Source: Tricharina praecox (Eukaryota). Taken from it: 64,000 nucleotides of DNA. Each line of letters begins with the position of its first letter. Position 1 is the stretch's first letter. The DNA is taken from positions 1,798,001 to 1,862,000 of the forward strand of contig NW_026250405.1 of the NCBI RefSeq assembly GCF_024521635.1, in the 5' to 3' direction. Both the position numbers and the translations under genes were made by a program. Below, in pieces: positions 50,010 to 62,801 of the stretch. The notes beneath the pieces were generated by a model that was not told where the DNA came from, did not search any database, and worked only from the letters and a program-made list of their open reading frames with translations.

Positions 50010-51590
50010 GAGACGGAGAGAGGTTGGTGGGACAACAAAGCACGACAGGATCTCTGTAAGCTATCCCGTCTCACTGACTCCTCTGTCAAGGGCAACATGA
50101 CGAAACGACAAAAGCGTCTCCCTCGCCGAATTCAACATGGGCTCTCTGCCATGCCGGAGTGGCGTGGGGGCGATGGGGGGCCGTCCGACTAAGCAACGTA
50201 GGTATCTGCAGTTCTTACATATCTACACCCACTAATGCACATTCGCTCAGCGGCCACTCACGACTCACCGCTCTTCCTGCGGGTCTCTTCCAGCGACTTG
50301 CAAGACGTTGTGGATTCCCGGGAAGAATGGGGAAGGAGACGGAAAAAGAAAGCATGTCACCTGCAGCTTTTCCCCCTCCAGGAAGTGCCGTCCAGAGAAT
50401 CATGCTTCGATCCCAAAAGTTAACGGCGGCAAAGCAGAGAACCCAGGAAAGCGCGGGACCCGCTGCATACGCATTTGGAGTGTCATACACGACACGAGTA
50501 ACTGTGGGTACCGGTTACCTGGATGCTTACCCACTCAATTCATCCTAATTTACTCCGCAATGCATGCTAATTTGCTCGCATACCTTCCCACCCGATGTAG
50601 ATATACGGATCTACTCGGATTCTCATTCACTCGATGTATACCACGTGTTCTTACTTCCAACCACATACCCATATACCCACATACCCCACAGCCCAACAGA
50701 ACCCGCACCGCGCGAACCCATCTGGAGTACATTCCAACCCCGCCGTCGTCCCGCCGCCCGCCCGTCCGGTCCGGCACTCACCACTGTACAGGGGCACAAT
50801 GTCTCGGTTGCACGTTCATTCCCATTCCAGCAGCCAGTTTGACGGAACCATTGGAACCCGGTTGTGGAAGTGTTATCGCTTTGACTTCATGCGGGCTCCG
50901 TTGGATGCGGAAGTGCACATTCTCCATGTCGCCCAGCGATTGGAAGAGCTGGCAGCAAGGGGAATCCTGCTACGTCGTGACTCGTCCGGTCGCTGGACGC
51001 CTCCAATTGGCCATTCCACTGCGTTCGATCCTCATCGTCTTCATCCTGCTTCAAAAGTTCACCCTCTTCGCCGTGGGGAGCTACTACTCTACTCCACTCT
51101 GATGTCGGTTATACTGGTATAAGGTTACATGGCACCGTCTTGGCGCGGGCATCATTTGCTCCACCTCGAGTGAACACCACCTAGCCTTGAGATACATATC
51201 ACGATTCACCACTATCATCGCTTGACTCGCTTCAATAATTACCGGTACGTGTCTTCGCGTATATAGTCACACCGTAGCGATACAATCAGTGGCTGAACTA
51301 ACCAGCGGAGTTTAAAACCTGGAAACTCTTACAACTCAACAGACGCCACGAAGTGACCCCAGCGCCTCCCCCGCTGCACACTAGGCGCTGCGATGCGATG
51401 AGCACTTGTTTCTAAGTAGGGGCGACGATAGGAGTTTTTCTCCGGTCATGTCACATTCCACGAAGCGGTTCAACGTCTTGCGCAGGGAAAACCGAAAGCA
51501 TCCAGCACCAGCATAGCGGTCGAATCATTAAAAATTAAATTGAGTGCTCTCCGATCAAGGTTCCACACCCGATAATACGCTTCCTAAGCC

Positions 51591-54073
51591 TTATGTCACG
51601 CCCCAGATGTCCAACCCCAAGCTCATTTCCCCTCCCACCTCTTTAAGTATGTCCTCGATAGTCGTCGTTTCGTCTATACTGGCTGCAATACCGCCAGCAC
51701 CAGCGTCACAGCCACCCTTCCCAATGAGCCCGCCGGAGTCGTCGCTCGACCCCGCCGAACCGGTACCACAATCCATGAGATCGCACTCGGCAGAATCGAT
51801 CATGTTCGTACCGAGATCACCGCTGTCACGGCGCATACCAACGGGCAGGGGCGATTCCTGCGCAGAGGAGATACTCCCCGATGCCGACGACGATGAAATC
51901 GTCTCGGAATGCAAAGCCATTCTCGGTCTGGGCGGCGGCGGCGGCGGCGGTTCGATCGTCGCAGCACGTCTCGAGATCACACGCAGCGCCTGCTCCGCTA
52001 ATTCCCACGTGGACGACATGTCGCGGAGTCCCACCACGCACTCCTCGAGATTGGCCGCGAACGATGCGATCGGGCCGTGACCATCCGTGAACGAAAGCGC
52101 TTGCGAAGTACCGCCTCTACCGCTGCCGCTGCCGTTCAGCATCATGCTTTCTTGGACGAAGACTAGTGCCGCCGAGAGCAGCATGTGCGGAACCATGCAC
52201 ACTGGGCGCTTGTCGAAGCGCGCGTTCCGGAGGTAGCTGTAGATCGTGCAGGTCTCGATGGCCGCGTTGACGCTTATTTGCCGCGGACTGTCGGTGAAGG
52301 AACTGAGGTGTTGGTGCTCGAACGGTCGGAAGATCAGGAGGATTATGGAGTGGTAGAACATGCTGTGCTACGCGATTAGGAGCTGAGCGTGCGTGATGGT
52401 TGGGGAGAAAGAAAGAGAGAAAGAAAAAACTCACTGCAGGACAAAGACGGCGGGAACTGCATTCTGCTGTGGGTCCAGAGATTTCGGGATCTTTTCCCGC
52501 CAGATCTTTAGCCGTGTATGGTACTCCTTCAACTTGACGGCGTCCAACTGTTGTCGAGGCGAATGCAGCACCCGCAAGGCGTCTCCGAGGACTTCAGCGA
52601 GCTCTGCGTATTGCGTCGCGATTTGCATGACCTGGCACGGACGGCGCGACCCATCCGGGGCCGTCCACGCGTCGTTCTCGAGCTCCTGGATGATGTTCGG
52701 CTTCGGGATACCGACGACGCTGCAGGGAAGCTGTGGGATCCTCCCGAAATGCATCGACCATTGCCTTCCACGGAAGAACAGACGATCAGCCGTTCAATAC
52801 CAGTCCAGGAAACGTTGTGATCAATGGAGAAGAGGCGATCCTTACTTGTCCATCACGAATAATGCCCAGAAGGTGATCCGACGCACCTCCACTTCCGTCA
52901 GTGTAAACATGGTGGTGCTGGCCTCCAGCGGAAGGTGCAATCCAAGGTCTAAAGCTACATGCAACGACCGGCCCAAATACATCCAGCTCGTGGCGTCCCG
53001 ACCACATCCTGCCTCTCGTGCCGCCATCAGCGCCAACGCTTGCGTTACCGTGAGCGATGAATGGCTCTCCTCAGCTAAGAGCAATCGTTGCGCTTCCCCG
53101 AAGAAGTGGTCGCCTCTGGTGGAGGGGTCGGCAGGGTTGGCGCGCGCGTCGACGTTCGTTGAGTAGTGACAGGCAAGCGCCAGTACGGCATTGAAGAGCA
53201 GCGGACTACAGTACTTCTTTCGTCGCCTGCGCATGTCCGTCAAGAAGCAGGACGTCGAGAAAAGGACGTGGACGGGATGGTGCCACGTAAAGTACAGATC
53301 CTGGAGATTTGTTAGTTGAAATGGTCTCACATGAAGTGCTTCTTACCAGTAGGTCGAAAATCAGTTTGTCGTCCGTAGTGACTGTCGTCCAATCCACTCC
53401 TTGCATCTCGCAAGAGCTTTGGTACGTCTTCCGCGACCGGGACCGAATTGACCCCAAATTCGAAGAATACCCATAGTGCCGCACTGCACCTTCCTCGTCG
53501 ACCTGCAGCTCCCCGACGTTCTTCACTACGATTCCCGCGGGCTCTTTGACTGGCTCGGGAATCGACTTGCGCTTCTCGTGCTTGATGAATTCCACTGCCG
53601 TCGTCGCCGTCGAAGTGATTGATTGCAGCGAACCGGTTGGCCACAGCTGCTCGACGATGCTTTCAACCTCGGTTTCCGCCGCAGTACGGATCCGCGGTAC
53701 GGTTTCGTCGAGCGAGTTAGTGTTCCGCCCCTCGCCGCCGCCGGGAATGCTCTTGCGACGCCGCCGACGACCATCTCCGTCAAAATCATACATACACTCC
53801 ATTCGATACACGGCCTTGCATGTCGCGCAAGCCGGCATGGCTCCATCGCACTGGGGGTAGTGGCCGGAGTTAGTCAAAGTCCCCATCCCTCGTGAATGTG
53901 GATGATACGGGGGGGGGGGGGCAAAGACTCGCCTTGGATTTTCGACGCCGACAGGGTATACATGCGCTCGAGACGCATCTTCGCTTCGTATTCGGCGCCG
54001 GCTCGACGCCGGCGAGTGCCTCGGGAGGAGACTCTTGTTCCTCCAGTTTTGAGAGGATCGGCCGAACCATCAT
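51591..54073 (-). CDS. Zn(II)2Cys6 transcription factor, NirA/Nit-4-like, with a fungal-TF middle homology region
   Basis: KRRCVSSACIPCRRRKSK|CDGAMPACATCKAVYRMECMYD; WTTVT, LYFTWHHP, YCSPLLFNAVLALAC, TVTQALALMAAREAGCGRD, EVRRITFW. Multi-exon. Confidence 0.85.
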
Positions 54074-56446
54074 CGTCTCTGCGAGTCAATAATTGTCTGT
54101 TCTTAGCATAGCTGTTTCTTTGCCAGAGAGAAAGTCCAAACCGAGGAACCAAACCACCGAGGAATATATATCATCATGCCCCTGGTTTACACGTTCGCCA
54201 CCGTATGTCGACGTGATGAAATGCCTGGAGGCACTTGACGTGATCTGGTGGGTGGGCGGTGGGTGGCCATCGACGACGTCATGGAAGTTGGATCTGCGGC
54301 TGTACATACATAGCTAAGGGACATACCTACGTGATCTAACGACTCGTGCTCATAAGGGTCTTCCGGCAGCCACAGTGGCGGGCAAGCGAGAATTATCCCA
54401 GCGTAGCAAACCACCACTGTGGAATGCTGTGGTAGGTAACCTGTCACCGAAACCAGTGTCATTGGAGGGGCGACTGAAGCCTGGTAACCTCATGGTGGCC
54501 AAAGCTTGTCGCATACGTTTACCTCAGGGTCTGAGTAACTAACTTTGGCCGTGCGAAACGGCGGTCATCGTCTCGTACCTTCACTGTGGCGATCGCTATT
54601 TCCGCGGGGCGACGACTGGGCGGTGAGAGCTGTTACGTTACTTCTGCCGCCACTATCATAGATAGTCTGTAGTCGTCAGAGCAGCGTGGCGCCGAAGCAC
54701 GCAAGGTACCTAGACGCATACCTACGCCTCATAGATGGACATGTCGCATTACCGCACTTGCGGCGGCGAATCGGCCGATCTGTGTGCCGTCTCTTCAAGA
54801 TCGGCTCCGCTCCTCATCGTGAGCGCACCCAACCAGGTACCATCGTGAAGTTCGGAAGCTCCACTTCTGTTCTTGCTACATGCCGATACCGAGCTTGGAA
54901 CAGCTCGTGATGGACAAAAATAGATGGACCAAGCGGTACGACAACGGCGGCGGAGAATTTCGGTAATCCGAGACGGAGGAACTGATGGAGTACCTACCGT
55001 ATAACCATGAGATTCGAGTCACAGTCTCTCCGAAGAAGGTGCTACCGTACTGACCTCCTCCGCCAACACCACGGTATCACTCGTCTACAGTCAAAATGCA
55101 TCAGGCTCTCCTACTGAGTCCTTCGCCTTGATGATTTAATCTCTGCTGTGTAAATAAAACTACCGTAGCACCTTTTGTGGGGCTGATTTCCTGGAAACTG
55201 GACAGTGGCGAGAATTCTCGTCTGTCTGTGGGTCAAAGCTTGCGAGATTCGGTACCGGTAGTCATCGTTGTGCCGTCAGCCTGACAAACGTTTTTCGTTG
55301 CAATAGTTTTTTAATGGGGAAATCTTCGAAATCCACAGGACATGCTCTGCCTCGCTGAATTTCTCGCTCGCTCGCGAGAGATCTTCCTGTTTCATTTCGC
55401 ATGTAGCCTATCTAGACTATGGCGAACCAACAAACTCCTTTTCCTGCCCACCCTGGCCAGTCGAGGTGAAAGCCCCGGTACCGGCCAGTCCGATGCGGCG
55501 CCCCACTTCTCCTGGCAATCCGCCTCGGGCCGGATTTCTCGCTCGCGTGGTGGATAATGTGTTCCTGCGGGCTGCGGATTCGTGTGATGTTTTGTGATTT
55601 GTCGTCGGGTGCTCGTCCGAATTTACATTGTGCGCCTTAGTCAAACTTTAATAGCCGACAGCAAGTAAAGTGAAGTGTTATTTCGCGGGCCTGATCCACT
55701 TGCCGTTTAAAACACAAGGTGGCCTTCGGTCCTGATAGTTTAACTAACGCCTACTTTTAAAAAGTAACCGAGCATCAAACAACGCGTTCACCACGATGCG
55801 GTCACGAGGATACGAGGCCCCTGCCAAATATCTTCAAGCGAGAGGATCGGTATCGGTAGTCCAAGTGAATACATGTGTTTCATCGAGGGTTGTTACGTGC
55901 GCCTCGGTATCGGCTTCCCCGTATACATAGACGACATTCCCCACCGGATTAGCCCGAGATTAAAACTGCTCACACACAGAAGAGTAACACTTCTTTGTCA
56001 CAAAAATTCGCCGAGAGGCTTATGCATATCAAAATCTATTCTAGGCCAGTACTGTAATATATTCGGACCCCGGAATATATACCGAGGCAGCAATGCTCAC
56101 CACAACATCTCTCGCATCAGGCTGGCTTTTTCCACACGTGCACCGAGCCGTCGTGTTAGCTGTAGGTATTGACGGGTCCGTCTTGAGGGTACGAGTTTCT
56201 CCTGCAGTGGCGGACGTTATTTTTCCGCCTCCATAACCGTTTGCATGTTTCTCTCGGGCCGTGGCCTCGGATCAGTTATTGTCACCGTCGTCGTCGCTGC
56301 GATCGACTCTCGCCGAATCCGTGGAATACATGGAGGTACCTAGATATAAAGCTTCCATGAAGCCCTTCAAGTTCGGTAGAGCATCATCCAGCCGCACGAC
56401 AGCAGTCGAAAGATTCTCACCCATTCAACTCGACTTTCAAACCACG

Positions 56447-57528
56447 ATGAAGTTCACTCTAGACATTACCGCCGCCTGTATTTCGTTGCTCGCAACTACC
56501 ACATTCGCTCTGCCAGGCCCAGAGATCCACAGGCGTGCAGTCTCGCAAGAGCTCTTCCAGGAGTTTGTCCGTGCAGCGCAACTCTCCCACGGCGCATATC
56601 AGAACCGGTGCGCATCGCCCGTCGGAACTACAAGGCTCTATACCATCCGAAATTCGCAATATGATACCGACGGCTTCATTTCTAGGGACGACTCGAGGAA
56701 GGAGATTGTAGTATGTACACACGGCCCTCCGAATCCACTATTTTGCCTACGTGCGGTGCGAGATTTGGCTGTCTACTGACGAATTCCAACGTGCAGGTCG
56801 CGTTTCGTGGAACTGGTGGGATATTGGATGCGATCATCGACCTGAGAAACACGCTTGTTCCGTACACCTCGCCGGGCGCGGATGGTTGCACGGGCTGCAC
56901 TGTACGGCTCGCTCACATTGCGCATGCGTTTTTGGGATGACCACTGACGATACGCACAGGTACACCAAGGCTTCCAGCAGCAGTGGAACGCCGTAGCCGC
57001 CGCGGTCGTGAGCCAGCTGCGCACCGCCCTCGGCAGGAACCCAGACTACACCATCACGATCACGGGGCACTCGCTCGGCGGCGCGCTTACGACCATGTCT
57101 GCGCCCACGATCGCGAAGGCGTTCCCGGGGAAAGTCACGGCATACTCCCTCGCCTCGCCGCGTGTCGGGAACCCCGCCTTCATTGCCTTCGTCGAGGCCT
57201 TGGTTCCGAAGGAAAAGCTCTTCCGCCTCACACACACGGACGACAACGTGCCGCAGGATCTGACCCCTGCTGAGGGATACCGCCATATGGCAACCGAATA
57301 CTGGATGAGCACCGACCCGGTCACGGCTGAGAATATTGTCCAGTGCGACGGCGGCGAGGATCCCACGTGCAATGTGGCGCACGCAACGGCGAATGCGGGT
57401 GAGTGGTGTGTTGCTGAGAATTGGAGGCTCGTGCTAATTCGTATTCTGTCGTAGGGCTGACGGGTATCAATGAGGCCCATTTCAATTATATGAATATTGA
57501 CTTCTCGGCCGACGAGGCGGATTGCTGA
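56447..57528 (+). CDS. Secreted class-3 lipase / feruloyl esterase A-like
   Basis: Signal and pro-peptide ending RR, RDDSRKEIV|VAFRGTG, C..C.VHQGF, nucleophile elbow ITGHSLGG, PRVGN, RLTHTDDNVP, EYW..DP and GINEAH. Three introns. Confidence 0.9.
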
Positions 57529-59246
57529 GTGTGACATGCAGTACCGGTTCGCAGATACGTAGCAGTGGTGGCTGGAGCTGGAGATTGGCTGCGGTCTCTT
57601 GTTCTCCTGTACTAGTACTTGCTTTTTCACTGTAGTTCGTTCTTTGAATAACATCCACACAAACGTCATTGTTCAGAAGTGTCACCAACTACTGGGGCTC
57701 CCATCGTCTTCACCCAACAGTGCCAACACCGAAGTGTAGTTGCAGAGCCGAGCAGGAAATAACCAGAACTGGAACAATGTGACATGATAATGATGAACGT
57801 TTGACTGCATGCGACTCGGGGAGCTATATGACAATTATGACTCAGGGAAGAACCAATCTAAACCAACAGCGTGTTAGAGTAATATTCTATGATGCTACCA
57901 CATCTACCAAAATTGAAGGCGGAGTATCCGGCCACTCGCCGACATTGCGGGCGGCTGGGATGTTGGTTTTAGTATCGGAACATACTGGTAGCTTCTGATC
58001 TACACTCGCGTGGTATATAAATCATAGTTGGACTGATGTCGGACGGTGTATGTTCTTTCTTATTATGCCGGTAACCACGTTGGATCTCGTAGTGTGGTGT
58101 GTGGAGTACTTGTGGTCTCCGCGCTTCATACCTACGACTGGAGGGGCTGGTGTGACTTCGCGTTTGCGACCCCCGCGTTTTCGCGTACGTGGATTGACGC
58201 GTTTGGGTTTCGGCTGAGTTAGAGATCAATGTGCCATCATGATTCGTGTTCCATTTGGCAGTCCTTCCAGTGGATCCGGCATGACCCTAAAAGAGTGGCG
58301 GCGTCATAGTACTTCTTTCACTTCTGCGCCTCCTGCTACCTCCACGATCAGTCCGCTGCCCTTCGGCCTGCTCCCCGAAGTGTCGCTCCTTCGCCGTTCG
58401 ATAACCAGTCCTTCCTTTACCGTGTTTCTCGTTCCCACGACTTAGACCGGCGGATTTTGCCTAGGCCTACTATGTAAAACATTGTACTCGGTATGCAGGT
58501 GTTGTTATACTATCGAGGGTTCCTCTCAGCATAATTTGTTGCTACCGAAATGGTCTTGTGATCTATGCGCGAGAGAATGATCGCGGCGGTTGAAAGTGAG
58601 AAATGCAGAAGGTGCTTTTGCGCACCGTACTAAAAAGTGAGTGCGAGTAACCTTGACGAATGGTAACAATTCACCAAGATATTGCTTGGGCAGTGTACGA
58701 TAATTTGTAGGATAAAAAATGCTCCTTATGGTGCTATCATGAGCGCAATCGCACAATTGTGTGGAGCAGACCGGCTTAGTCCGCTGCGCCTCGGGGCCTG
58801 CGGTGCCGAGCGTCGCCTTACCGGAGCCTATCTATGCTACGCGGCAGCTAGCTGGCGGCGTCGCGAAACCTTGCCGCGGGCCGAGTCCAGGTAATCGCCA
58901 GTGTGTAGGGGGGAGGGGAATAATTTTATTGACATATCTATGGACCTAAGTAGATCACGATGTCCACGCCAAAGAGAGCCACCGCTGCGAGACTAGCTAA
59001 TCGGCGTCCCTCGCCTACCCGCGAGAGAATACTACACTAGCGAATAGAAAAGAGCAAAAGAAAGCGAACCAATTTCACATCTTCCGCGCCCGCTGCGCAA
59101 CTACTTGCCTCGGCCCCTACCAGTGTATCGGTACTGATCGTGAATTATCGACATGACGGTACTCTAGGAGAGGGTTGGCAGAATCTGCGGCAGTGCACTG
59201 CTTGACCCGATCGTGAAATCTTTCGCCACACCTTCGCATTTATATC

Positions 59247-60145
59247 TGTTCTAAGCCACTGGGCAGAATTAGCCATCTGTAGATGGGCTGGCCCAGGTTT
59301 AGACACGCAGCTCATCTAAAGGTGGGTCGATTCTCACCACTGGCCGGACCATGGGTAGATTTTTTCCGGTTCCTGGGCTGGCCCAACTTTAGACAGGTTG
59401 TCTCCGCCGAAAACGGCTAGCAAACTTGAAATTTTCTTAGCCTGAACCAATTCTCGTCAGCAACCCAGACATCAAACCAACAACAGCCTACAATACACCC
59501 GTTAAAATCATGTCCGCCGTGGATGTTGCATCTCTGCGTTTTCAGCAGCAACATTTCAGGAGCTTTAAGGATCGATGACGAAACGAGCTACAGAATACAT
59601 GACAAAGGTTAATTGTACCGGAAGCCGAACCCTACAGAACGTGCAAGATGAAGTGTTCTATTACCACCGCCCCGCAGGAAGCGACCACGGCGGACAAAGA
59701 CTTCATCGACTGCACTACTTGATGGTGTCGTAGTAGAAGGATCGGCTCTGAGAAAGAGGAGAACTCGGGGGTGTGATAATTCAATTCAATTGATGCTTAA
59801 TGGGGATTGGTACTGCCGAATGTAGTCGCCAAAGTGGTACCGTAACAGTACAGCCAGCAGCAGTGGTGGTGGTGGTGGTGGTGGTGATCTCGAGCCCGTA
59901 ATATTACTAGCCGGTTTCGGGTTCAGCATACAATTCTATTCCTAGGCCAGCCCACTGGGGCAAAATTCTATGGGTAGTCTGGCCCAGGGTGAGATATCTG
60001 GCTCCTGGGCCAGCCAAGGAGCCGGAAAAAATCTATCCATGGTTCGGCCAGTTGTGAGATCCGACCCACCTATACACGGGCCGGTCCATCTGTAGATGCG
60101 CCGGCCCATCTAAAGAAGAATAATTCTGCCCAGTGGCATAGAACA
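59247..60145. mobile_element. Non-autonomous DNA transposon (MITE-like) with ~140-bp imperfect terminal inverted repeats
   Basis: The left end TGTTCTAAGCCACTGGGCAGAATTA...AGGTGGGTCG..TCTCAC.ACTGGCCG.ACCATGG.TAGATTTTTTCCGG.TCCT.GGCTGGCCCA is the reverse complement of 60005-60145. No ORF of 60 aa or more inside. Confidence 0.85.
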
Positions 60146-61040
60146 CATCCTTGCTACAGACGCACCCGTTACCTTCCCACCATTGATCTGCGCCCACATC
60201 GTTGACCATCTTGACCGCCCGGGTAGATGATACTACTAAGCTTCATGTCACGATGGTTAGATTTTCTTACCTGGTAGGTTTATGTCAAGATTCAGAAACT
60301 GAGAGTACTGTACCTTGGTGATCTCAGCCAACGACAACACCGATTATTGGCCGCCCTTCTCTGTAGTACATAAACCCATGTATTCCTATCTGCACCTCAT
60401 GCTCCGTTCCAAGGGATACATCCTTGGCCTGGACAGTTGTTTCGCGGTGTTGTGGTGACGACGAGGATTTATGGATGTTGTTGGTGTGGTCGGTGTGGCT
60501 GGTGGCCCTGCTTATTAGGATCGTCACCTAAATCATCCTCGTATTCTGGGCCCTGGCTGGTGGTGTTAGCATGGAATACACGATGACTTCTAGCCTGATT
60601 CCTATCGATGAAGTGCAGGATGCGTCGGTGTTCCAGCTCAAGGATGGGTCCTCTTGGCCAATTACGCGAGGCAACGCGAGCCTGGTTGAACCGTGGGCGG
60701 GCTATGCAGCTATATTGCTTATCTCTTTGACAGGCTTGGAGGATCTATCTACAAAAGTGAGAGGAAGCGCGGTTTCTAGTGCCAGAGTGCTTTCCACCAC
60801 AAGAGTTGTCGGTCGAGTGAACCATGAATCATGATCATTGGCTCACTCGAGGTAACATATGTACTTCGCGACAGACCTTGTAGCTACATACATGCCAGTC
60901 GGCCACAGTCACGTAGAGACTCCCAAAACACCCTCTATATGCTCAACACGAATTATTAAATTCCTTCCACTCCGCACTCCCCATCAATGAAATAAACTCC
61001 AGTGAGTTAATAAAGTACAAAACCATGTATACATGACAGC

Positions 61041-62801
61041 CTAAACAGAGCTGGACCTTCTCTTCAACTCCAAATCATATTCCTTCGACGCCGGACTTCC
61101 ATCCTTCTCGATGACGCCCTCCAGCTCGTCAATGCCCAGGTGAGCCTTTACTTCCGTCTCTAGGTCCTGGTTGTTCAGCATCGATGGATTGAACGACAGC
61201 GACCCCTTCGGCACGAAAGTCGCGGCCATGATGATGGCAAAGATTATCGCTGTAAATCTTGTTAGCAGGAACTTTCACGGAGGAGAGGTATACGAAGGGA
61301 AAAAACATACTGAAGTGAACACCGGCTACATTTTTAATCGCGCCGTGGATATCGCCTCCATCCGAACTTCCGCCGGTCTCGGCATACACGTGGTCGATGT
61401 AGCGTCCCAGAAGGGGAGACGCAATAGCGTAGAGGACGATGTAGGTCGAGTAAAGGAATGCCATGACCGCACCCAACGGTGACACGTTCTTCGACTTGCT
61501 TTCGATTCGTGCGAGCGAAGCCTGAATGTAAGCGGCAAGGGAGACATCTCCAGCCGCCCAGCCGAACGAGATGGGAATGAAAGTGCCGGCTACCATCCAC
61601 GCGTCCTGGACACGCCCCGTAGGTGGATACCAGAAGGCAAGGTACCAGACGATCAAGAGCATCATAGAGTCGAGCCGCAGCCAGGGAATGGGCGTCTTTA
61701 CCACCTGCGTGAACAGGAAGACGAAAAGAGCACCGAGAAGTTCGCCAAAGTTCGATCCGCCGACCATGATCTGCGACCATGCAGAGTTCCCGAGGTATCT
61801 CTTCGCAATGGCGGGCGCAACGCCGTTCTCGAGGTAGCGGTGGCCGTACAGCGCGATCGAGTAACCAGGGAGCAGCCAAATGAACTTGCGGTCCGTGAAG
61901 ATTATCTTGCCTCCGGTCCAGATGGACTCGAAGAACAACCAGAAGCCGCCTAGAACCGATCTGATGTATGTTGGCTGCGTGCTGAAGACGTCCGGCTTGT
62001 GCGCGACGAAGCCCAAGTCGGACATGAAGTACCACACCGAGGCGGCGCAGGTGAAGAGGATCGGGGTGACGATGAAGGAAAAGTTATTCCCGAGCTTCGG
62101 AATCAGCGCCAGAGCGGTGCAGAAGGCGCCAGAGGTTCCGGCGATCTCGTAGAAGATGTGAACCATGGCATCGAGTCTCCGTAGCTTCTGAACATTCCCG
62201 CCCACGATATCTCTGGGGACCACTCGCCGGATAAGCTCAACCATACCGTACGCAATTCCAGACACGCAGTAGATCGGGATGATGGCATCGGTGTTGTAAT
62301 CACCGTAGTAAGCGAAATCGGTCTTCTTGTGCGCCTTGGTCCAATTGGCGGGAATGATGGTGCCGCCGGTAGCGCCGTCGAGGATGAGGAGGATGGCGGT
62401 ACACAATCCGAAGACGAGGATGGCACAGACGAGGACGTTCTTGGTGCGGTATCGCTTGATGAGTGGCGCGATGAGAATGGATCCGACGCACTGGAAGGCT
62501 TGATTCAAGCCGGTGACCATTCCAACCCGCTCGAAAGTATTTGCCCGGCTGCCGGAAAGTTGCGCATCGTAATCGTAGCGGTTGGTGCAGAGCGCTGAAG
62601 GACACACCTGGAGTTCAGAATTCCGGAGGAAGTACATTGTATGTAGCATCGGGCAGGAGCTCACGTACCGATGATCGAACCGTTAAACGCCTCAAGGCCG
62701 AACTTGTAGAGCATGATCCCGCCAATGTAGATGGCGATGTTGCGCTTCTCGCTCGCCGTGAACGCTTTCCAGCTGTCGGTGAAGAGCGATAGCGCTCCCA
62801 T
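61041..62801 (-). CDS. Multi-pass membrane transporter (MFS-like)
   Basis: Exon 1 MGALSLFTDSW...IYIGGIMLYKFGLEAFNGSII; a long exon with many TM segments (GLNQAFQCVGSILIAPLI, ELIRRVVPRDIVGG, GGSNFGELLGA, FGWAAGDVSLAAYIQ); terminal exon ends at TAG 61041. Confidence 0.85.

Noticed and set aside
54086..54109. Short uORF (MLRTDNY) just before the Zn2Cys6 gene
   Set aside because: It may lie inside a 5' intron (a CGCAG acceptor-like site follows); this cannot be resolved without transcripts.
48244..57528. Methyltransferase, TF and esterase as a secondary-metabolite cluster
   Set aside because: No backbone enzyme (PKS, NRPS or terpene synthase) is present in the window and the genes are widely spaced.
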